A DNA stretch of 50,935 nt from an uncultured bacterium (GTDB lineage: Bacteria; Margulisbacteria; WOR-1; XYC2-FULL-46-14; WPAF01), in NCBI GenBank assembly GCA_903930225.1, contig CAIYXV010000096.1, positions 1-50,935 on the forward strand, written 5' to 3'. This document shows, piece after piece, positions 46,323-50,935 of this stretch. The number at the start of each line of letters is the position of its first letter. Within the stretch, counting starts at the first letter, position 1. The position numbers and the translations under genes were made by a program. The notes under the pieces were generated by a model. It was not told the origin of the DNA. It worked only from the letters and a program-made list of their open reading frames with translations, and ran no database searches.

Positions 46323-46970
46323 ATGGACCTTTTCTCAAAAGAACCCGATTACCGGTCGCTGACTTACGAAGAGGTCCGCGACCTTGCCTTAAAATGCGAA
46401 AAGTGCCCGCTTTCAAAGACCCGCAATAAAGTCGTGTTCGGCACCGGCCCGGTTCCTTGCGATCTGATGCTCATCGGCGAAGCTCCGGGCGCGGACGAGG
46501 ACGAACAGGGAGAACCGTTCGTCGGGCGGGCGGGACAGCTCTTAACGCAGATACTCGCTTCAGTCGATATAAAACGCCCCGACGATATTTACATCGCCAA
46601 CACTTTAAAATGTCGTCCGCCGGACAATCGCACCCCGCAGGCATCGGAGCAGGCCGCCTGCTGGCCGTATCTCGAGGCGCAGATCTTTTCATTCGTCAAA
46701 CCGAAGATCATCATCCTGGCCGGTGCGCCGGCGATCAAGGCCGTGCTAAAGACCGATGAGCCGATCAGCAAACTGCGCGGCAAGTGGCAGAAACTGCCGG
46801 GAACCGATATCGCGGTAATGCCCGTCTTCCACCCCGCCTATCTTCTCCGCAACCCCAGTAAGGAAATTGGCAAACCAAAGTGGATCACCTGGCAGGACAT
46901 GAAAGAGGTCAAGGGGGCGCTGGAGTATCACCGCAAATTACGCGAGCTGGTCAGGGAACCGGAAGATTGA
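46323..46970 (+). CDS. Uracil-DNA glycosylase, family 4
   Basis: [23 protein letters not shown], the N-terminal Cys cluster [14 protein letters not shown] and HPAYLLR. Confidence 0.85.
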   Translation: MDLFSKEPDYRSLTYEEVRDLALKCEKCPLSKTRNKVVFGTGPVPCDLMLIGEAPGADEDEQGEPFVGRAGQLLTQILASVDIKRPDDIYIANTLKCRPPDNRTPQASEQAACWPYLEAQIFSFVKPKIIILAGAPAIKAVLKTDEPISKLRGKWQKLPGTDIAVMPVFHPAYLLRNPSKEIGKPKWITWQDMKEVKGALEYHRKLRELVREPED

Positions 46971-46987
46971 TCGGTTTCGACGAAAAA

Positions 46988-47545
46988 TTAAATAAACTTA
47001 ACGATCTCTTCGATCTTTTTGCGGTTCTTTGGCCTGGGAATAAGGCCGTCTTTTGGATAACCCAGGGTCAATAAAGCGATCACTTCTTCCCCTCTTGGGA
47101 TATCAAGCAGTTTCTTGATCCTTTTTTCATCGAACCACCCCACCCAGCATGACCCCACCCCCAGCTCCCAGGCCGTCAGCACCATATGCTCCAGCGCAAT
47201 GCCCAGGTCGACAAAATACCATTTTTTATTAATGATCGCCGAAGCCGAGCGGTGCAGCAGGTCGATCGGTCCGGCCGTGGCAACAATCACCACCGGGGCT
47301 TCTGCGATGAACGAATTTATGACCAGATGGGTGCCTAGGGGCATCTCACCTGATAGTTCTTTTATCTTTTGCTTGTCCCTGACCACGTAAAAATGCCAGG
47401 GCTGGGAATTGCTGGCGGAAGGCGCGAGCCGCGCCGCCTCAAGTATCAGGTCGAGTTTTTCTTGCTCCACTGGCCGTTCTTCGTAGTCGCGTACACTGAA
47501 GCGGTCTTGGATGATCTTTAGCACTTTTGATTCCATCGGGGTCAA
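46988..47545 (-). CDS. Nitroreductase family protein
   Basis: 185 aa. RFSVRDY, APSASNSQPWHF and GSCWVGWFD are typical of the FMN nitroreductase fold. The start could also be Met4 (47536). Confidence 0.8.
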   Translation of the reverse strand: MTPMESKVLKIIQDRFSVRDYEERPVEQEKLDLILEAARLAPSASNSQPWHFYVVRDKQKIKELSGEMPLGTHLVINSFIAEAPVVIVATAGPIDLLHRSASAIINKKWYFVDLGIALEHMVLTAWELGVGSCWVGWFDEKRIKKLLDIPRGEEVIALLTLGYPKDGLIPRPKNRKKIEEIVKFI

Positions 47546-47554
47546 TGATACAAT
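47546..47554 (+). promoter_or_regulatory. Extended -10-like box TGaTACAAT, 11 nt upstream of the DUF362 start codon
   Basis: tgatacaat is followed by acaggctgaaa and then ATG 47566. The box begins 1 nt from the divergent nitroreductase start codon. Confidence 0.25.
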
Positions 47555-47565
47555 ACAGGCTGAAA

Positions 47566-48489
47566 ATGAGCAAAGTGTTTTTCACGGCCGACTTGAACGG
47601 CGCCAAAAAGCTTTTTGAAGCTTCCGGGCTTATCGGAACGATCATGCCGAATGATCCGGTCGCCTTAAAGATCCATTTCGGGGAGCCGGGCAATACCGCT
47701 TATCTTAAACCCGCGCAGGTAAAACCGGTCGCTGACCGCATAACGGAACTCGGCGGCAAGCCTTTTTTTACCGATTGCAATACCCTCTATCGCGGCCGAC
47801 GGAGCAACACCAAAGAACACCTCGGCGTCGCCGTCGAACATGGCTTTACTAAGGATTTGGCCGGCGCGGACGCGATCATCCCGGAAGAAACCGATTTTGA
47901 AACGGTCGAAGTCAATCTGAAGCATTTCAAAAAGGTTTTCATCGGAGGGACCGCGGCCAGGGCCAGGAGCATGATCGTGCTGACGCACTTTAAAGGCCAT
48001 GAGCTGACCGGTTTTGGCGGAGCGTTAAAGAACGTCGGTATGGGTCTGGGCACGAGGCAGGGAAAACTAAAAATGCATCAGGATTGTCTTCATTGTCCGG
48101 AGGCAAAAACGTGCAGAAAGAATCAGACGATCGATGCCTGCTGGATCGGTTCCCCCGCCCTTGTCCAGGAAAAGATAGTGGAATATGTTTATGGGGCGGT
48201 AAAAGGCAAAAAGGTCGGATATATAAGTTACATAACATCTGTAAGCCCCGCTTGTGACTGCTACGACCACGCCGACGAACCGATCGTTCCGGATATCGGG
48301 ATCCTGGCCTCGGATGACCCGGTCGCAATCGATCAGGCCTGCGCTGATCTGGTAAATCAGACCGCCGGAAGAATAGCCGGGAAAGACAAATTCAGATCGC
48401 TCTACCCCAATGTTGATTGGAACATCCAGCTTAACTATGCTGAACAGATCGGGCTGGGGCAAAGAAAATATCAGCTTATTAGTATCTAG
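47566..48489 (+). CDS. DUF362-domain protein (putative Fe-S-binding)
   Basis: MSKVFFT...VALKIHFGEPGNTAYLKP is the usual DUF362 opening as I remember it. A Cys-rich segment (CLHCPEAKTC...DAC) and ACDC are also present. The start could instead be ATG 47545. Confidence 0.55.
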   Translation: MSKVFFTADLNGAKKLFEASGLIGTIMPNDPVALKIHFGEPGNTAYLKPAQVKPVADRITELGGKPFFTDCNTLYRGRRSNTKEHLGVAVEHGFTKDLAGADAIIPEETDFETVEVNLKHFKKVFIGGTAARARSMIVLTHFKGHELTGFGGALKNVGMGLGTRQGKLKMHQDCLHCPEAKTCRKNQTIDACWIGSPALVQEKIVEYVYGAVKGKKVGYISYITSVSPACDCYDHADEPIVPDIGILASDDPVAIDQACADLVNQTAGRIAGKDKFRSLYPNVDWNIQLNYAEQIGLGQRKYQLISI

Positions 48490-48540
48490 GATCGATTAAG
48501 TATCAACTAAGACAATTTCAAAATAGCAAATAAAGTATTT

Positions 48541-48939
48541 TCCCCTTTTCTTTGTATGACAAAGAAAAGGGGATGAAAAGAAATCATCTAGGGGCTGTGC
48601 CCCTAGAAACCCCTTGGACCTTCGTAAGCCCTCGCTGCTCCGCTTCCACAGCTATTAACCGTTAATAGAGATTTTTCCCATGAATGTAACTCGCTCCGCA
48701 GCTCTCCACCCCTCCCAATTATGTAACACCCCACGAAAGTCACATCAAACAATAATATCTAATGTCCGGCGATTTCTCTTACATTATTGAGGGGGAGGTC
48801 GGGGGATTGTGAGCCCTAATTAATCCCGGGGCGAACTGGGGAGGCGGGAGCGGTCGGGGGAAAGGGGAGCAAATAATAGAAATCGCCTAGATCTTTCTTT
48901 TTATCCCTTTTTCTTTGTATCATGACAAAAAAAAAGGGA
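48541..48939. repeat. Fold-back (MITE-like) element of about 400 bp, or a structured-RNA locus, with terminal inverted repeats of about 52 nt
   Basis: No ORF of 60 aa or more on either strand between 48490 and 48960. The left end, 48541-48592, matches the reverse complement of the right end, 48886-48939. Each end holds a 14-bp hairpin: ccccttttctttgt-atg-acaaagaaaagggg at 48542-48572, and ccctttttctttgt-atcatg-acaaaaaaaaaggg at 48905-48938. The interior is a degenerate palindrome with a C-rich left arm and a G-rich right arm. Confidence 0.6.
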
Positions 48940-48985
48940 AATAAACAAGCAAATCCCTCGTTAAAAATAGACTTGACAGTCATAG

Positions 48986-48991
48986 TATAAT
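48986..48991 (+). promoter_or_regulatory. -10 box TATAAT, 6 nt upstream of the exonuclease start codon (candidate leaderless transcript)
   Basis: tataat is followed by gaatcc and then ATG 48998, with no SD. The upstream TTGACA (48973-48978) is only 7 nt away, so it cannot be a matching -35. Confidence 0.3.
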
Positions 48992-48997
48992 GAATCC

Positions 48998-49645
48998 ATG
49001 ATCCGCGATCTGCTTGAAAGCGAAATCTTTAAAAAAATGGAGCAGGAATATAAGTTCCTCTCCCACGCCCGGGAGCAAATGTACCGGCTCGAGTGCGACG
49101 ATTTTGTAATATTGGACACGGAAACCACCGGGCTTGACCCGGTGAACTGCGAGATCATCGAGATCGCCGCGCTGAAAGTCCACAACCGCGAGATACACGA
49201 TATCTTCAACCAGCTGATCAAACCGAAGCATCCGATACCGGAAGGAATAACCAGGATCACCGGGATCAGCAACGAGATGGTCGAAGAGGCGCCTTCCCTT
49301 TCTGAAGTGGCTTACAATTTCCTTAAATTCATTGAAGGTTCCACCCTGGTCATCCATAACGCCGAATTCGACATCTCTTTCATAAACCAGCATATTTTTA
49401 TCCCTCGGAAAAAGGAGATCGGCAATCCGGTGATCTGCACCTTAAAGGTGTCGCGTCTTCTGCTCCCGCAGCTGCAGAGCCACAAGCTGGGCAGTCTGGC
49501 GCAGCATTTCGGCGTTCCGGCGAACAATAGCCACCGCGCGCTCGGAGACGTCGAGACCACCAACGAGATCTGGTCCCGGTTCGCGCCGATGCTGAGGGAA
49601 AAAGGGATCACCACGCGCGAGGATTTGCTAAAAGCGATTGGTTAA
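48998..49645 (+). CDS. DEDDh 3'-5' exonuclease (DnaQ / DNA polymerase III epsilon-like)
   Basis: ExoI VILDTETTGL, ExoII VIHNAEFDISFI and ExoIII HRALGDVETT. 215 aa, with an N-terminal extension of about 40 aa. Confidence 0.85.
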   Translation: MIRDLLESEIFKKMEQEYKFLSHAREQMYRLECDDFVILDTETTGLDPVNCEIIEIAALKVHNREIHDIFNQLIKPKHPIPEGITRITGISNEMVEEAPSLSEVAYNFLKFIEGSTLVIHNAEFDISFINQHIFIPRKKEIGNPVICTLKVSRLLLPQLQSHKLGSLAQHFGVPANNSHRALGDVETTNEIWSRFAPMLREKGITTREDLLKAIG

Positions 49646-49660
49646 GATAAAATATCCTTC

Positions 49661-50605
49661 ATGAACTTCATCGAGGATATCTGGACCAAAGCCAAACGCG
49701 CCGACAAGACCATCGTCCTCCCCGAAGGTGAAGATCAAAGAATAATCGACGCCGCCCGCATCATCGAACAGAGCAAGCTGGCAAAAGTGATCATTATCGG
49801 CGGCGCCTCCGGTCTCAACCCCAAGGGCCACCCCCGGCTTGAGGAATACGTCCAGAAATATTTTAAAAAGCGCGAAAGCAAGGGCATGACGCTCGACAAG
49901 GCCCGTGAGATCATAACCACTGATTTTCCGTTCTTTGGCGCGATGATGGTCGAATCGGGCGAAGCGGACGGCATGGTCACCGGCGCCGACCATCCCACCG
50001 CCCACACCATCCGCGCCGCCGTCCACTGCGTCGGAATGGCCCCCGGACAATCGCTGATCTCAAGTTTTTTCGCGATGATAACTCCCAAGCCGGAATTCGG
50101 CGAAGACGGACTGCTTTTTTACGCGGATTGCGGCGTGGTCCCCGACCCCAACCCCGAGGAGCTGGCAGAAATAGCGATCACCACCGCTAATTCCTTCACC
50201 AAACTGACCGGATCGGAGCCCAGGATCGCCCTGCTTTCTTTCTCTACCAAGGGATCGGCTTCGCATCCCGACGTTGATAAAGTGGTAAACGCGTATCAGA
50301 TCGTGAAAACAAAAAGGAGCGACCTGCTGATCGATGGAGAACTGCAGGCAGACGCCGCCCTAATTCCCATGATCGGAAAAAAGAAGGCCCCCGGTTCTCC
50401 GGTTGCCGGACGGGCCAATATCCTTATTTTCCCCGACCTGGGAGCCGGGAACATCGCTTATAAATTGACGGAAAGGATCGGTGGAGCTACTGCTCTGGGC
50501 CCGATCCTTCAGGGCTGCGCCAAGCCGGTCAACGACCTTTCCAGAGGTTGTTCGGCGGAGGACATCGTCAATGTAACGGCGATCACCGCGGTCCAATGCC
50601 AGTAG
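49661..50605 (+). CDS. pta: Phosphate acetyltransferase (short PTA_PTB form)
   Basis: [55 protein letters not shown] and [14 protein letters not shown]. No ackA gene is adjacent. Confidence 0.75.
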   Translation: MNFIEDIWTKAKRADKTIVLPEGEDQRIIDAARIIEQSKLAKVIIIGGASGLNPKGHPRLEEYVQKYFKKRESKGMTLDKAREIITTDFPFFGAMMVESGEADGMVTGADHPTAHTIRAAVHCVGMAPGQSLISSFFAMITPKPEFGEDGLLFYADCGVVPDPNPEELAEIAITTANSFTKLTGSEPRIALLSFSTKGSASHPDVDKVVNAYQIVKTKRSDLLIDGELQADAALIPMIGKKKAPGSPVAGRANILIFPDLGAGNIAYKLTERIGGATALGPILQGCAKPVNDLSRGCSAEDIVNVTAITAVQCQ

Positions 50606-50625
50606 CCTCTTTCGGTTATCCGAAA

Positions 50626-50782
50626 CCCTCACCCAACTCTTTTCAAATATGAAGAGTTAAAGTTATCCGCCCTCTCCCAGGGGGAGAGAGCGTGGATTCT
50701 TTAAGTAAATTAACCAGTTCCTCTCCCTCTGGGAGAGGATGGAAAGTTCGAGATGACTTGCTTGTATCATCACAGGTGAGGG
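50626..50782. repeat. Nested GC-rich palindromic intergenic element, copy 2
   Basis: Outer arms ccctcacc (50626-50633) and ggtgaggg (50775-50782) enclose three hairpins: aactctt...aagagtt (50635-50658), ctctccc-agg-gggagag (50672-50688) and tcctctccc-tct-gggagagga (50719-50739). The arm and stem sequences match those of copy 1. Confidence 0.75.
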
Positions 50783-50855
50783 TGTTTAATAAAAACTCAC
50801 TTTTCCCGCAACAAGTTATAAAAATATGATAGAATTAATTAAAAGGGGGGCTACG

Positions 50856-50935
50856 ATGACAAGAACGATAAGGATATTCGATACCACACTCCGTGACGGC
50901 GAACAATCTCCCGGCGCTGCTTTGAACGCCGAGGA
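50856..50935 (+). CDS. leuA: 2-isopropylmalate synthase, N-terminal 26 codons (3' end cut by the window edge)
   Basis: MTRTIRIFDTTLRDGEQSPGAALNAE is the canonical LeuA opening. The SD aaaagggggg lies 6 nt upstream. Confidence 0.75.
   Translation, partial: MTRTIRIFDTTLRDGEQSPGAALNAE

Noticed and set aside
48541-48939. I considered whether the ORF-free region is a tmRNA (it contains ggggctg...), an RNase P RNA (it contains gaaagtc), or an SRP or 6S RNA gene.
   Set aside because: There is no tRNA-like 3' end (TTCGA...CCA context) and no tag ORF. The RNase P P4 consensus GAGGAAAGTCC...ACAGAA is absent, as is the SRP domain IV motif. The dominant signal is a simple long inverted repeat. A covariance-model scan is still needed for certainty.
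48973-48991. TTGACA followed by TATAAT, as a canonical sigma-70 promoter for the exonuclease gene.
   Set aside because: The spacer is only 7 nt, whereas about 17 nt is required. Only the -10 hexamer is kept, as a weak candidate.
48490-50855. I considered an oriC interpretation of the palindrome-rich spacers, which contain ttatcc-containing 9-mers such as ttatccgaa, ttatccgcc and ttatccctt.
   Set aside because: None of these matches the DnaA box TTATNCACA beyond the first 6 nt. There is no clustered array, no AT-rich unwinding element and no dnaA/dnaN nearby.
50606-50855. T-box leader or leucine leader-peptide attenuator upstream of leuA.
   Set aside because: I saw no T-box consensus (AGGGTGGNACCGCG-like), no specifier-loop layout and no Leu-rich mini-ORF. 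The structure matches the repeat family seen at 19027 instead.
1-50935. CRISPR arrays, tandem repeats, rRNA genes, transposases, toxin-antitoxin pairs and defence-system genes.
   Set aside because: I scanned the intergenic gaps and the ORF list. I found no regularly spaced direct repeats, no cas-like, RT-like or integrase-like ORFs, and no paired small ORFs. Gene content is overwhelmingly housekeeping.

Overview
About 51 kb of compact, mostly housekeeping chromosome from what looks like an uncultivated diderm bacterium (a TolC-type efflux operon is present; roughly 50% GC by eye). I call about 50 protein genes and one tRNA-Arg(CCT). I saw no rRNA, CRISPR array, integrase, transposase, reverse transcriptase or phage genes.

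Main blocks, left to right:
- 3' part of a cobalamin-dependent MetH-like methyltransferase.
- TolC / MacA-like adaptor / ABC ATPase / two FtsX permeases.
- A redoxin with a degenerate active site.
- An alpha-glucan cluster: DUF4912, GalT-like gene and two GH57 genes.
- SIMPL protein; two GT-C membrane glycosyltransferases (one with TPR repeats); FAH hydrolase; MBL hydrolase.
- A tandem-domain ThyX; an L,D-transpeptidase; a membrane GAF-like protein.
- Ornithine-type decarboxylase plus homospermidine synthase; RimI.
- leuD and a leuB-like gene, flanked by two proteins I cannot place (312 and 845 aa).
- A ten-gene minus-strand string: aroK-aroB-tyrS-ispF-pdxJ-rpiB-NDP-sugar pyrophosphorylase-panD-M23 peptidase-thiE.
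- panB-cdaA-lysA; a GGDEF cyclase plus a stand-alone GAF paralogue; cimA.
- An orphan 299-aa protein; family-4 UDG; nitroreductase; DUF362; a DnaQ-like exonuclease; pta; the start of leuA.

I found no obvious multi-gene novel system. The items that the gene calls do not explain are:
1. A roughly 400-bp ORF-free fold-back element with hairpin-bearing terminal inverted repeats (48541-48939).
2. A two-copy family of nested GC-rich palindromic intergenic elements (19027-19128 and 50626-50782).
3. A 43-nt perfectly identical tract shared by the two otherwise diverged permease paralogues.
4. A fused ThyX whose signature motifs are split between its two halves.
5. Three genes with -10-like boxes only 6-11 nt from the ATG and no Shine-Dalgarno sequence.
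6. Three orphan proteins.
7. Enrichment of the HIP1 octamer GCGATCGC.

All functional calls come from motif recognition by eye. No database search was possible.
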